Of a DNA stretch of 64,000 bases, positions 1 to 9,338 are shown one piece after another. This DNA comes from a virus. Taxonomy: Duplodnaviria > Caudoviricetes. Under the pieces are notes generated by a model. The model saw only the letters and a list, made by a program, of their open reading frames with translations. It made no database searches and was not told the DNA's origin. The stretch is taken from the IMG/VR virus record IMGVR_UViG_3300031994_000025, positions 32,001 through 96,000 of that record; one strand, given 5' to 3'. Position numbers and translations under genes: made by a program. Numbering within the stretch: the first letter of the stretch is position 1; each line of letters opens with the position of its first letter.

Positions 1-453
1 ACCGACAACGAGGGTAGGGGACTGTTGTGTCTGGGAACGCCCGGCATGGGCAAGTCAACCATCTGCTGCGACGTGCTGCCGCCCATCCTCGGCGGTCCTG
101 ACTGGCGACGGAAAATACCCGTCGTACAGGCTGGAGAACTGCGAAGCCGTCTCGACGAACTGAAGCGTGCCCGCTGTGTGGTCATCGACGATCTGGGCAA
201 GGACGACCGCAAGCACTACGGCAACCAGGACAACTCCTTCTACGAGCTCTGCGAGGCGTCGGTGCATGGAGGCCCGCTGCTCATCATCACCACCAACCTC
301 TCCACCACCACCATCGCGCCACAGTTCCCGACGGCCGTCCTCTATCCCGATAGCATACAGCACCGCTACGGCGACGATGTGCTCAGCCGACTGGCAGCCT
401 GCACCACTGTAGCCCGCTTCGAGGGAGCAAACTTCTGGAAGTCCAAAAACTAA
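1..453 (+). CDS. DnaC/IstB-like AAA+ ATPase (5' end outside window)
   Basis: Walker A GTPGMGKS, Walker B VVIDDLG, IITTNL and RYGxxVxSRL motifs. Confidence 0.75.
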   Translation, partial: TDNEGRGLLCLGTPGMGKSTICCDVLPPILGGPDWRRKIPVVQAGELRSRLDELKRARCVVIDDLGKDDRKHYGNQDNSFYELCEASVHGGPLLIITTNLSTTTIAPQFPTAVLYPDSIQHRYGDDVLSRLAACTTVARFEGANFWKSKN

Positions 454-1070
454 TCCTTGATCCGCTTCGCCCTCCGTTGCCACTCGCGGCGCATCGCATC
501 GACGTAGAGGTCGCTCGTGCCCATGTCGCGGCAGAACGCCTCTATCATATCCACGGCGGCATACTTCTCGCCGTCCATCCTCCTGGCATACTCACGGTCG
601 TACTCCGCCACGCCGCGCCAGAACGCCTCGCGCAGCACCTTCAACAGTGCCGCCGACTGCTGCCGTCCGAAGCACGTGTCGCTGGTCCACGGGCGCAGCA
701 CGCCGTTCTTCGTCAGACACGTCCTCGGACACTCTATCGGTACGAACAGCGCCAGTTCCTCGCGCCCCATGCCGTAGTGCCGCTGCACCGTCTTCGGGTC
801 GAGCGCCAGTCCTGCGTCGATGCAGCCGTAGCGCGTCGCCGACAGCGAGTTCTCCTGCACGTCGGGCTCTTCCGTCTCGTCGTCGCCCGTCACGTCATTG
901 CACGTCTCCATGCGGAGCACGTCGCGCGCACCGTCCAGATGTTGCAAACAAACCACCTTCTTTCCCCCAATTCTCGTCCCGCCTACGAGTTCCTTTTGCA
1001 GCCAGCCGTGCATGTAGTCCGTCACCTTCAGCCACGCCACGACCGGCATCTTGTAACCCTTCTCAGACAT
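450..1070 (-). CDS. hypothetical phage protein
   Basis: 206-aa ORF with ATG start, coding-like composition, promoter-like TAACTTCG just upstream. Confidence 0.65.
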   Translation of the reverse strand: MSEKGYKMPVVAWLKVTDYMHGWLQKELVGGTRIGGKKVVCLQHLDGARDVLRMETCNDVTGDDETEEPDVQENSLSATRYGCIDAGLALDPKTVQRHYGMGREELALFVPIECPRTCLTKNGVLRPWTSDTCFGRQQSAALLKVLREAFWRGVAEYDREYARRMDGEKYAAVDMIEAFCRDMGTSDLYVDAMRREWQRRAKRIKD

Positions 1071-1159
1071 CGTATGTAGTAATAACGGCTGCGAAGTTAC
1101 GAAAAATTTCTGAGACTACGACTACGAATTGCACGAATTTTACGAATTATTTTTTTTCC

Positions 1160-1207
1160 CCGTAGGCATTCCCCGTCCCTTTGAGGGGAGGGGGTGGGGC
1201 GGGGTCT
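1160..1207 (-). repeat. REP-like GC-rich palindromic element
   Basis: reverse complement resembles 39578-39624 (GACCCC...CCCCTCCCC...GGGGAATGCCTACGG). Confidence 0.75.
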
Positions 1208-1269
1208 ACCTCTCAAAGTAAGAATAGTTTACATCGAAATTTATCTGAAATTTTACGTTTTTCCTTGGA

Positions 1270-1870
1270 AATACCCGTTTCTGATAACAGTTTTGCAAAT
1301 TTCTGATAACGCTGATGTTCAGCAAGTTAGGTGCGATTTACCCCGATTTTGCCCGAAAAAGTTATCAGAAGCCCTGATAACTGCAACACCGCTGACACTC
1401 AAATAGTTACCCGCTTTTAGGGGTATTTCCCAGAAATCGCCCTTTTTCGCTGAGACCACTTTTAAAATATATTCTATTTCTATCAGAAATTCTGTACATA
1501 TCTCATCACGACCGCGCGGAAACTCCCTGATACCCACTATATATAAATAGAAATAGGACAATTAGAATAAAACGCTAATAATCAGATAGTTATACTATAT
1601 ATATAGGGAAATAAATTTTTATTTTTCAAATCACTTTTTTATAAAAAACCGCAAAATAACAGCGCAAAACAATATATAAATAACTGATATTCAACACTTT
1701 AGCGCGTTCCATCGGCGCAAAATAAGCGCAAATAACCTGGGAAATCAGCGCAAAATCTTTTCCGGCGCGCGCCTTTTCTGTTCAGATAACTCGCTGAACG
1801 CTTGCGCATTACGCAAGAAATGACTACCTTTGCAGCGCAAAATCAGGCTCTGATAACTCTCAGGCCCGAT
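1270..1870. other. AT-rich non-coding region with several repeated motifs (origin- or att-like)
   Basis: CTGATAAC at 1281, 1303, 1374, 1850 and inverted at 1361; GCGCAAA x5 between 1662 and 1841; ctgaNNNtcaNNNagtta-like motifs at about 1311, 1391, 1573, 1681. Confidence 0.4.
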
Positions 1871-2317
1871 GCGCAAGCAATACTGCGATCACAGCGGCGG
1901 AGTTTTCCCGTCACCATAAAACGCGGGGCCCCGCCCACCACCAACGCCCTGCGTCTCCGCCGCTTTCTTCTTTGACCACATTTAGGTATTTGATGTTATA
2001 ACAATCGCCGCCGCGATGGCGCCACCCACAAAGATTTGTTTTAGTAGATTAGTAGTTTGTTTTCGCCGGGTCACTCCGGCAACCCATCGGGAGGTTCACG
2101 TGTAGCTCCTCTCGTTCCGGCAGCCGCTCCGTTGTAGCATTCTGGGCGGCTGCCCTTGGCTTGCGCCGAGTGCTATCCTCGCCATTCCCGACGTTCCGTC
2201 GCCTACCCGTAGCCTTTCGGCATAACCATCGAGCAAGCTCGTGGATTCTGCGCTCGGCTCGCACTGCCCTTGTTTTAAATGCTTCCAACGGATATTTTGC
2301 CGAAAACATTCAGCGAA

Positions 2318-2926
2318 ATGAACATCCATTACAACCTCATTCTGGCGATTGTAGTCGGAATCCTGCTCGGCTCCTGCGCCACTCCGAAGGCCGTGGAGCG
2401 CACGGAGCACCACCGCGCCGAGGCCGACACGATGGCCATCCAGGCTGCCGTCGATGCCCACATGTCATCATGGCACGAACGCATCGACTCCATCTTCCGC
2501 GAGCGTATCAGCCAGTACAGTGAGCAGCAGTCGTCGCACTCTGAGGAGCGCGAGACGATCCAGGAGACCATCACCACCACCACCGACTCGCTGGGCCGCG
2601 CCGTCCGACAGGAGCAGCGCACCATCAGCCGTGATATCCAGCGCGAGCAGCAGCAGGCCGTTCAGCGTCTGGAGCGCGAGATGGAGAACCGGCTGCAGAC
2701 CGCCCTCGACCGTCAGGACAGCATCTGGCAACAGCGTCTCGATATCGCCCTGAGCCATAGTGAGCAGTCCGACTCCACTCACAACACCGTCACCCCCGTC
2801 GCCCAGGACAGCCGCCCATGGTACCGCCGCTGGGCCGACCGCCTGCAGTGGCTCGCCGTAGGCATCATCCTCGCCGCCGCCGCCTGGATCACCCGCCGCT
2901 GGTGGCGCAGGATAGCAAATCGTTAA
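2318..2926 (+). CDS. putative unimolecular spanin (lipoprotein with C-terminal transmembrane helix)
   Basis: lipobox LLGSC, coiled-coil middle, C-terminal hydrophobic helix followed by RRWWRR. Confidence 0.6.
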   Translation: MNIHYNLILAIVVGILLGSCATPKAVERTEHHRAEADTMAIQAAVDAHMSSWHERIDSIFRERISQYSEQQSSHSEERETIQETITTTTDSLGRAVRQEQRTISRDIQREQQQAVQRLEREMENRLQTALDRQDSIWQQRLDIALSHSEQSDSTHNTVTPVAQDSRPWYRRWADRLQWLAVGIILAAAAWITRRWWRRIANR

Positions 2927-2942
2927 ATAGTAAATTACCTCG

Positions 2943-3119
2943 ATGAGCTTCATTATATCCCACACGCCAACGCGCGCCTACAACCGTCTGCCTCCCGACC
3001 GCAGCGTCGTCAATACCTTCGACGAACTGATGGCTCTGCAGGACGAACTGGAGTGCGACCTCTACATCACCCTGCCCGACGAGTACAATCAGCGACGGGT
3101 GTATCTGTATGACCCATAA
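2943..3119 (+). CDS. small hypothetical protein (58 aa, below ORF-track cutoff)
   Basis: ATG to TAA read manually (MSFIISHTP...YLYDP); fills the gap in the operon. Confidence 0.5.
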   Translation: MSFIISHTPTRAYNRLPPDRSVVNTFDELMALQDELECDLYITLPDEYNQRRVYLYDP

Positions 3120-3146
3120 ACTTAAATTTGTCCAGTACATTTAGCA

Positions 3147-3464
3147 ATGATTAACGATAGTCATCTGAAGACGTTAGCCCTCTCTGAACTGCGCCGCGTG
3201 GCCGAGCGCACAAGGCTGGTGGCCCGCCGCCTGCCCGACAGCAAGGGTGGTTACAAGGTGGAGCAGGTCGTGGAGCGCGTACCGTTCAGAGTATGGTATA
3301 TCGCCGCCTCCAATGGCGACGTGATCCGTGGTGAGGAATGCGTCACCATCTCCGTCGATGTCGCCGCCGGTACCCGCCTCGTGCAGTTCACCGCCAGCGG
3401 CCAGACCCGCCGCCTGAGAGACTGCTGCATCCTGCGGGTAGACGACTTCCGGCTGACGGTGTGA
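3147..3464 (+). CDS. hypothetical protein
   Basis: 105-aa ORF co-oriented with neighbours. Confidence 0.6.
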   Translation: MINDSHLKTLALSELRRVAERTRLVARRLPDSKGGYKVEQVVERVPFRVWYIAASNGDVIRGEECVTISVDVAAGTRLVQFTASGQTRRLRDCCILRVDDFRLTV

Positions 3465-3521
3465 GACGATGGCTGATGACTGAACGGCATCCATCAAAAT
3501 GTCGCACACATTTACAGTAGT

Positions 3522-4802
3522 TTAACTTTGCGGTTTCTTCGGCATTCCCTCATCCTCAGGTGGCTCTTTGCCATATTTCAGCCGGTATGACTCTGGATTG
3601 TGGCGGTGGTAATGGCCGCGAGTCCTATGGCCTCTTCTGATATTTGCCGCAATATTCGACGGAAGCATACCGTAAGCAATTCCGGCATCCTTGATGGACT
3701 TGAAGCTGCCGATGACACTACCGTCGTCGTCCAATATTTCGATAGGCATATTCGACATGCCGCGATAACTTAATCCTGCCTTTGATAGTATATGTATAAC
3801 AGTATTGTATGAACATTCTACATGGTTTGGAATCTCCTTTGGCATCATTCCCTGCTTTGCCAGCTCCACCACTTGCGGTTGAAGATTATTCCTCCTGTAA
3901 CCGCCAATGCCACCTGTTGTAGCCACGTTCAGTATCGTCCATCCCTCTTGCTTGTAACGTTCCAGCCACTCGCCCTCCATGCGCTGCGCCTCCTTTACTG
4001 GCAGAAATCCTGTAAGAGGCTTGAATACAGGCTCTATCCCCGTAGCATTGATGTGTTTTAACACAGCAGAATTACAGTCTTTCATGTGCTGTTTTTCCCG
4101 TTGGTCTGCGTTGCAGGTAAGCCCAACGTATGCCGAGCGGTCATTAAACTCGAATGCGTAAATCATCCTCCTTATCATGTTTCCCCTCGGCTCCATGTGT
4201 CCCAGTGCCTCGTCTATAAAAGCCTTGCCGCGAGTGGTGATAGCGTACAGTATTCTTGGTTCGTGATCCATCAACTCGCCTCTGTCATTATAATGGGATG
4301 CCCTCTCTATCAGGTAGTCTTTGTCGTAAGCCTTTGGTCTGGTGGGTGGGTAGAGCGTCTTCAATATGCCCAGTCTCTTCATGGCCTTAAAGTATGCCGT
4401 ATGGTGTATCCTCAACTGGTCTGCGTCCATGACAGGGTGTTCCCGCTTGAACTGTTCGCAGTCCTCGCGCGTCAGTTTATCAGGGCGGTTCAATCGGTCT
4501 GGATAAAGCTCGTCGATTATTCCCAGGCGCTGCATGGCGGTGTGATATCTATAGTGATGAAATCTCAAGTCTTCCCTCTTCATATCCGGGTGCTCCTGCT
4601 TGAATTGCTCACAGTCCTCGCGTGTCAGGTCGAAACTTCTTTTCTTCTCGTATGGGTACAATTCGTCGAAGATGCCGAGTCGTTTCATTGCTCGCACATA
4701 TCCTTTCTTCTGATGGATGTTCGCCCTGGTAATCTCGGGGTGTTCCCGCTTAAATTGCTCGCAGTCTTCGCGGGTCAGGTTTTTGTGAGTTTTTCTTTTC
4801 AT
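3522..4802 (-). CDS. GIY-YIG-like endonuclease with three N-terminal repeats and C-terminal NUMOD1-like DNA-binding domain
   Basis: MIY...YVGLT...R..QH...E...G..ILN pattern; LTREDCEQFKxEHP x3; FKSIKDAG...SNI; opposite strand and lower GC than neighbours. Confidence 0.7.
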   Translation of the reverse strand: MKRKTHKNLTREDCEQFKREHPEITRANIHQKKGYVRAMKRLGIFDELYPYEKKRSFDLTREDCEQFKQEHPDMKREDLRFHHYRYHTAMQRLGIIDELYPDRLNRPDKLTREDCEQFKREHPVMDADQLRIHHTAYFKAMKRLGILKTLYPPTRPKAYDKDYLIERASHYNDRGELMDHEPRILYAITTRGKAFIDEALGHMEPRGNMIRRMIYAFEFNDRSAYVGLTCNADQREKQHMKDCNSAVLKHINATGIEPVFKPLTGFLPVKEAQRMEGEWLERYKQEGWTILNVATTGGIGGYRRNNLQPQVVELAKQGMMPKEIPNHVECSYNTVIHILSKAGLSYRGMSNMPIEILDDDGSVIGSFKSIKDAGIAYGMLPSNIAANIRRGHRTRGHYHRHNPESYRLKYGKEPPEDEGMPKKPQS

Positions 4803-4804
4803 AT

Positions 4805-4996
4805 CACTGAGTTTTGACAACTATAACAAGAACGACCGCACTACGCGTTGTCAAGTCCTCAGTGCTGACTCCGGGGTGTTTCCACTACCCGACGCGGTTA
4901 CGGTCGATGTATTTAACCGACAATAGTATGGGCACAAAAAATGCCGCTGTTGATGCGGCCTGTTCGTCCGCACTGAGATTTGACAATGCAAAGATA
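4805..4996 (-). ncRNA. C4-antisense-like regulatory leader 1
   Basis: promoter TATCTTTG (4989-4996, minus); direct repeats at 4971-4986 and 4805-4820 with a complementary copy at 4848-4864. Confidence 0.65.
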
Positions 4997-5257
4997 GTAA
5001 TTATTTTCCGACAATGCTAATTTGTCACACGCATTTACGATAAATTAACAGAAAGATGTGTGATGCCTGAAAGGCTACGGGTAGGCGCGACAGCGGGAAT
5101 TGGCTGACGGTGGAAGTCCTTTGGAACGACTTTGCCCTTGTGCAGTCTGCGCCCGCACATTATATTATCCCCGTGAATGGCAGTCTTACCGAAGGCCGCC
5201 GTTCATCGTCACCTGAGAGTGACAATCATTGTTCGGTAACTTACAAAAACAGCGATT

Positions 5258-5806
5258 ATGGCACACAACGTTCGTATTAAGTATTATGCCCGCGAGAATA
5301 CCAAGATGTTCCCGCACTCGTTCTATGCCCAGAGCCTGCCCAACGGCACCTACGGCTTCCAGCAGATCTGCCAGCAGGCCAGCAAGAACACCAGCATCGA
5401 GGCTCACACCATCCGCGCCGCCGTCGAGGAGTACATGAAGGTGGCAATGGAGAAACTGCTGGAGGGCTTCCGCGTGGAGGTGGGCGACCAGTTCCTCACC
5501 CTCGGCCCGGCCCTCAACGCCCGCGTGAAGGACGAACTCAACGACGACAACACCGTGAAGCGTGCTGTCACCGCCGACGACCTGAAGGCCACCGGTGCCA
5601 AGAGCCGCATCACCTGCGTGGTAAACGCAGAGTTCACCCACGAGTTCAACCGCAGCGTCCGTTGGCAGAAGACCGACCGCAAGGGTGATCCTCTGGAGCC
5701 CGAGGAAGACGATGCCACCCAGGATTCCACCGATGACACCACCGACCCGACCACCGACCCGACCAACCCTGACGACACCGGCAACCCCATCGACACCGGC
5801 GAATAA
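5258..5806 (+). CDS. HU-related histone-like DNA-binding protein (Bacteroidetes type)
   Basis: I...AS...I....IRA...Y......L.EGFRVEVG pattern with acidic T/D/P-rich tail. Confidence 0.7.
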   Translation: MAHNVRIKYYARENTKMFPHSFYAQSLPNGTYGFQQICQQASKNTSIEAHTIRAAVEEYMKVAMEKLLEGFRVEVGDQFLTLGPALNARVKDELNDDNTVKRAVTADDLKATGAKSRITCVVNAEFTHEFNRSVRWQKTDRKGDPLEPEEDDATQDSTDDTTDPTTDPTNPDDTGNPIDTGE

Positions 5807-5809
5807 GCG

Positions 5810-6250
5810 ATGAGTCCAGGAAAATACAAAGGCATACTCGTAGCCGCCGTGGTGAAGCGCTCGGGCATCTGCCGCGCCACCGTGGAGCAGGTCTTGTCGG
5901 CCACGTTCGACGAGATCCGCTACCAGATGGCCGAGGGTGCGGGCTGCGTACCAATCGAGTCGTTCGGTACGTTCTACACTATGGATATACCTGAGCGCGA
6001 GCACCTCTATACCTATAAGGGTAAGAGCGAGCTGAAACATCTGCCGCCCACCAAGCGTTTGAAGTTCAAGCCCACGAAGTCGTTTAAGCGCGAGGTCATC
6101 GACGACCAGCGCTTCGACCCCTCGCGCCGCTCCTTCGAGCGCCATCCCGACGACCCGCCCATCAAGGCCCGCATGGCCCTGAAGTACCAGGGTGGCAAGC
6201 ATCAGCCCCCGGCGAAGAGCAAGACCGTATTCGTGAAGACTAAAGAGTGA
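5810..6250 (+). CDS. HU/IHF family DNA-binding protein
   Basis: LVAAVVKRSGI...VEQVL...I, IESFGTF and LKFKPTKSFK match the HU fold. Confidence 0.8.
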   Translation: MSPGKYKGILVAAVVKRSGICRATVEQVLSATFDEIRYQMAEGAGCVPIESFGTFYTMDIPEREHLYTYKGKSELKHLPPTKRLKFKPTKSFKREVIDDQRFDPSRRSFERHPDDPPIKARMALKYQGGKHQPPAKSKTVFVKTKE

Positions 6251-6293
6251 AAGATATCGACCAGTAGTTGTCATAGCCGCGTGCCATTGGCGA

Positions 6294-6331
6294 CGGCCTG
6301 CCCTTCGAGCAAGGGCGGGCTTTTTTTATTT
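6294..6331 (+). terminator. intrinsic terminator
   Basis: GCCTGCCCTT...AAGGGCGGGC hairpin followed by T run. Confidence 0.7.
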
Positions 6332-6464
6332 GTCCCACACTTTTAACAATCTTTATTTTAATAATGTTCGCACCTCCCTGCGCCCTCGCGTGCGAGGCAA
6401 AAATTTTTTCGGGCCGATGCGAAAAATAATCGGCGAAAAATTTGGAGGTTTCAGAAATTTACCC

Positions 6465-6706
6465 TATCTTTGCCAACGCTAACAAGATGATAGTAACTTC
6501 TATCCGTCGGGGTGCGCGTCAGACGCTCAGCAGAAATGCCGGGCATTTTTTATGCCCAGTATGCAACCGATAAATACGGCTGCCTTCTCGTAAGATTAAA
6601 ACGGCTCCTTCGGAGAAGTCATCATCTTGTTAGCAACGGGAAGTGCAGCCGTTTCTCTGTCTCCGCGCCAGTGCGGATCGCTGGCATGCTAACAAGATGA
6701 TGCAAT
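6465..6706 (+). ncRNA. C4-antisense-like regulatory leader 2
   Basis: promoter TATCTTTG at 6465; GCTAACAAGATGAT at 6478 and 6688; exact reverse complement at 6621-6634. Confidence 0.65.
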
Positions 6707-7174
6707 ATGAAAAGAATCAAAACCCCGCAGTCGCAGGGACGCGACTACAAGCAGATGCTGAAGGACTATTTCGGCAAGTTCCTCTATGGCCTTCAGGTGG
6801 AGCAAGACGGAGGCCGCGTGCTGGTGCAAATCGTCTATTACGACTTCAAGCACATCAGCACCGTGCGCCGCGAACTGGCACAGATGATGCCGGAGGTGGA
6901 ATTTACAAAACTGAAGCGCGACTTCACTGAGGATGCCGAATTATGGGCCCTGCGCCAACTCTACAACGGAGAGCGCGAAGACAGCAAGAACACTCCGATC
7001 ATCTACGTGCAGCGGGGCGACGCCCTTGTCAAGTCGTCGCTGCGCAACATCGCCCGCTCAGAACTGAGCCAGCTCGAAATCGAAGACGACGAAATCACTT
7101 ACCCCGACAACAGCCTGTTGCACTGCTTCCGCAAGTTCAGCGACAATCAGTTGGAGGAAAACTCGTGGGATTAA
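6707..7174 (+). CDS. hypothetical protein downstream of the C4-like leader
   Basis: 155-aa ORF starting right after the second repeat. Confidence 0.65.
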   Translation: MKRIKTPQSQGRDYKQMLKDYFGKFLYGLQVEQDGGRVLVQIVYYDFKHISTVRRELAQMMPEVEFTKLKRDFTEDAELWALRQLYNGEREDSKNTPIIYVQRGDALVKSSLRNIARSELSQLEIEDDEITYPDNSLLHCFRKFSDNQLEENSWD

Positions 7175-7191
7175 TGAAGGAGGACTGACGT

Positions 7192-7593
7192 ATGAGCAAG
7201 ACACGTATTTACCGCCTGAAGCTGATGGGCTGGCGGCTCTATCTGACCAACTGCCGCATGAAGAAGATGAACCCCTCTGCCGTCGCCCGCCGCTCGCAGC
7301 GCTACGGAGAGGCCATCACCTGTTTCAAGCATCGGCACTACAAGCAGAACGGCGGCACTTGCGACCTCTGCGGTAAGCCGATTGACTTCGACGAACTGCA
7401 GCTGCACCACGTGCTGCCCTTCGGTGAGTTCCCGCAGTACGGCACCAATCCCGCCAACATGGAGATAGCCTGCGCAGAGTGTCACCATACCCTGCACATG
7501 AACCCCTACGAGAACCTGCACCGCATGGAGCAGAAGGCCCGCGAGCTGGGGTTTGATTTGAGGGAGTATTATCTGAAAGAGAAGAAATGTTAA
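7192..7593 (+). CDS. HNH endonuclease
   Basis: CxxC...HH...N...CxxCH. Confidence 0.85.
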   Translation: MSKTRIYRLKLMGWRLYLTNCRMKKMNPSAVARRSQRYGEAITCFKHRHYKQNGGTCDLCGKPIDFDELQLHHVLPFGEFPQYGTNPANMEIACAECHHTLHMNPYENLHRMEQKARELGFDLREYYLKEKKC

Positions 7594-7605
7594 AAACGAC
7601 AGATG

Positions 7606-7663
7606 AATAGAAACTTTTTCGTTTCTTTTCTTGCAAAATAGAAACATTTTCGTTACCTTTGCA
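7606..7663 (+). promoter_or_regulatory. hicAB promoter with two operator-like direct repeats
   Basis: AATAGAAAC(T/A)TTTTCGTT at 7606 and 7637; TACCTTTG at 7654. Confidence 0.6.
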
Positions 7664-7694
7664 GCGTCTTTTAAGACAAACGTTCTTTATTATT

Positions 7695-7913
7695 ATGCGA
7701 TTCTCTGAGTTCTACAAGTTCATCGAGAGCCATAACTGGCATCTCGAAGGTGGTACAAACCATTACCGGTACGCCCACCCAGACTTCGACTACTCCATCC
7801 CCGTGGGTCGCCACCCGTCACAGGAGATAGGCCCGTGGCTTCTCGACAAGATGCTCCGCGAGACGGGGCTGAAGGAAGCCTACAGGGAGTGGAGGAAGAG
7901 AAAGAAAAAGTAA
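7695..7913 (+). CDS. hicA: HicA family toxin
   Basis: EFYKFIESHNW...GGTNH.R.AHP...IPVGRH..QEIG..LL..ML...GL. Confidence 0.85.
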   Translation: MRFSEFYKFIESHNWHLEGGTNHYRYAHPDFDYSIPVGRHPSQEIGPWLLDKMLRETGLKEAYREWRKRKKK

Positions 7914-7996
7914 CGCGCGTCGGTCGGCCCGCCTTCAAGCGACGGGCTGACTTTAAGACACTGAATGAAAATCGGAAACAACGTCAATGAATGAAT

Positions 7997-8392
7997 ATGA
8001 AAATTAAAGCGATTATCGAAAGAGGATCAGACGGTGGTTACACCGCTTTCTCCGACAGTGTGCCGATGGTGTATGCCAATGGTATGACAGAAGAAGAGGT
8101 AAGGCATGAGTTCCTGCAGATGATGCAGGAGCAGGCAGCGTATGTTGAGCAAAACAGCGGCGAGGCTCCGGCGTGGAAGGATGCCCAGGTAGAGTTCGTC
8201 TATGCCGTGTCGGCGCTGTTTGCTGCCTTCCCGTTTATCAACGTTTCGTCGCTGGCCGAGTGGATGGGCATCAACCCCTCGCTCATGCGAAAGTACAAGG
8301 CGGGGCTGGCCGTGCCGCGTGGCAAGAACCGTGAAATCATTCAGCGTGGCATCAACCTGATGGCAGAACGCCTGAGCCAGGTAAGCATTTAG
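7997..8392 (+). CDS. hicB: HicB-like antitoxin with C-terminal HTH
   Basis: IKAIIERGSDGGY...G.TEEE; INVSSLA..MGINPSLMRKY..G; directly downstream of hicA. Confidence 0.85.
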   Translation: MKIKAIIERGSDGGYTAFSDSVPMVYANGMTEEEVRHEFLQMMQEQAAYVEQNSGEAPAWKDAQVEFVYAVSALFAAFPFINVSSLAEWMGINPSLMRKYKAGLAVPRGKNREIIQRGINLMAERLSQVSI

Positions 8393-8426
8393 TTTAGAAG
8401 AATCGAATAAATTAAAGAACGCTGCG

Positions 8427-8470
8427 AGCCGCCTGTCTGAGAAGATAGGTGGCCCGCTTTATTTTTTTTG
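8427..8470 (+). terminator. intrinsic terminator
   Basis: GCCGCCTGTC...GATAGGTGGC hairpin followed by T tract. Confidence 0.6.
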
Positions 8471-8586
8471 TACCTCAAATGTTAAATTTTAGGGGTCAAT
8501 GAAAAATAATCGGGAAAAGGTTTTGAAGGTAAATAAAAAGTTTGTATCTTTGCCGACGGAAATTAAGTATAAAACTACACGTTAAT

Positions 8587-9102
8587 ATGAATAAAACTAA
8601 GGTAACACAAGACACGCTCTATAAGTATCTGCTGGCCCACGACGTCATCCTGACGCGGCTGGCCGAGTTGAGCCACATCGATCAGAAGGTAGTATTATCA
8701 TGCTTCAAGCATCACAACAACTGGCACGGCAACCCCCGCCGGTTTAATGCCGAGCATATAAGTGCCATCAACCAGGCGCTGCCTCTGCTGGCCGACGAGT
8801 TGCGCAGCAGGCTGCTGATCTTTGGCAGTACGCAGACGTTTACCAACAGGCGGGGCAAGACCTACGACCCGGCGCTGGTGGAACCGATAAAGGAACTGGG
8901 TAAGTATCTGAATGTCATGTCGATGACTAAAAGGCTGCTGGGGTGGTCGATGCTAAAAAAGAATAATGTATTGAGCAACACCGCATCGAACATGTACGGC
9001 AATATCAGCCAGGCCGACACCGTAATCATCAACGCCGAGATACTGTCGGTGGCCGGGGTGCTCGACTGTTATGAGGTGGTGGCCGACGGCGATGTCGAAT
9101 AA
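8587..9102 (+). CDS. hypothetical protein, possibly an HTH regulator
   Basis: ORF with own TATCTTTG promoter at about 8545; LTRLAELSHID is HTH-like. Confidence 0.55.
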   Translation: MNKTKVTQDTLYKYLLAHDVILTRLAELSHIDQKVVLSCFKHHNNWHGNPRRFNAEHISAINQALPLLADELRSRLLIFGSTQTFTNRRGKTYDPALVEPIKELGKYLNVMSMTKRLLGWSMLKKNNVLSNTASNMYGNISQADTVIINAEILSVAGVLDCYEVVADGDVE

Positions 9103-9338
9103 GTATCAGTAGCGTGTTAAGATAGTATCAGTAGCAAGTTAAGGTAATACTACTTTGTTTTATGCTGCGGGCTTTCTTTTTAGAAAGTTCGCAGCATTGT
9201 TTTTTTTTGAAAGTACCATATATCATTTTCCATAATACTTTTTTTTTTGAAAACATGTGCGTGTCACGACGAGCATCCCGCGCCTCGCTGTGGCGGACGG
9301 CTGTCCGCGCCCTGATTGCCGTCTGGCGCAAATATGCT

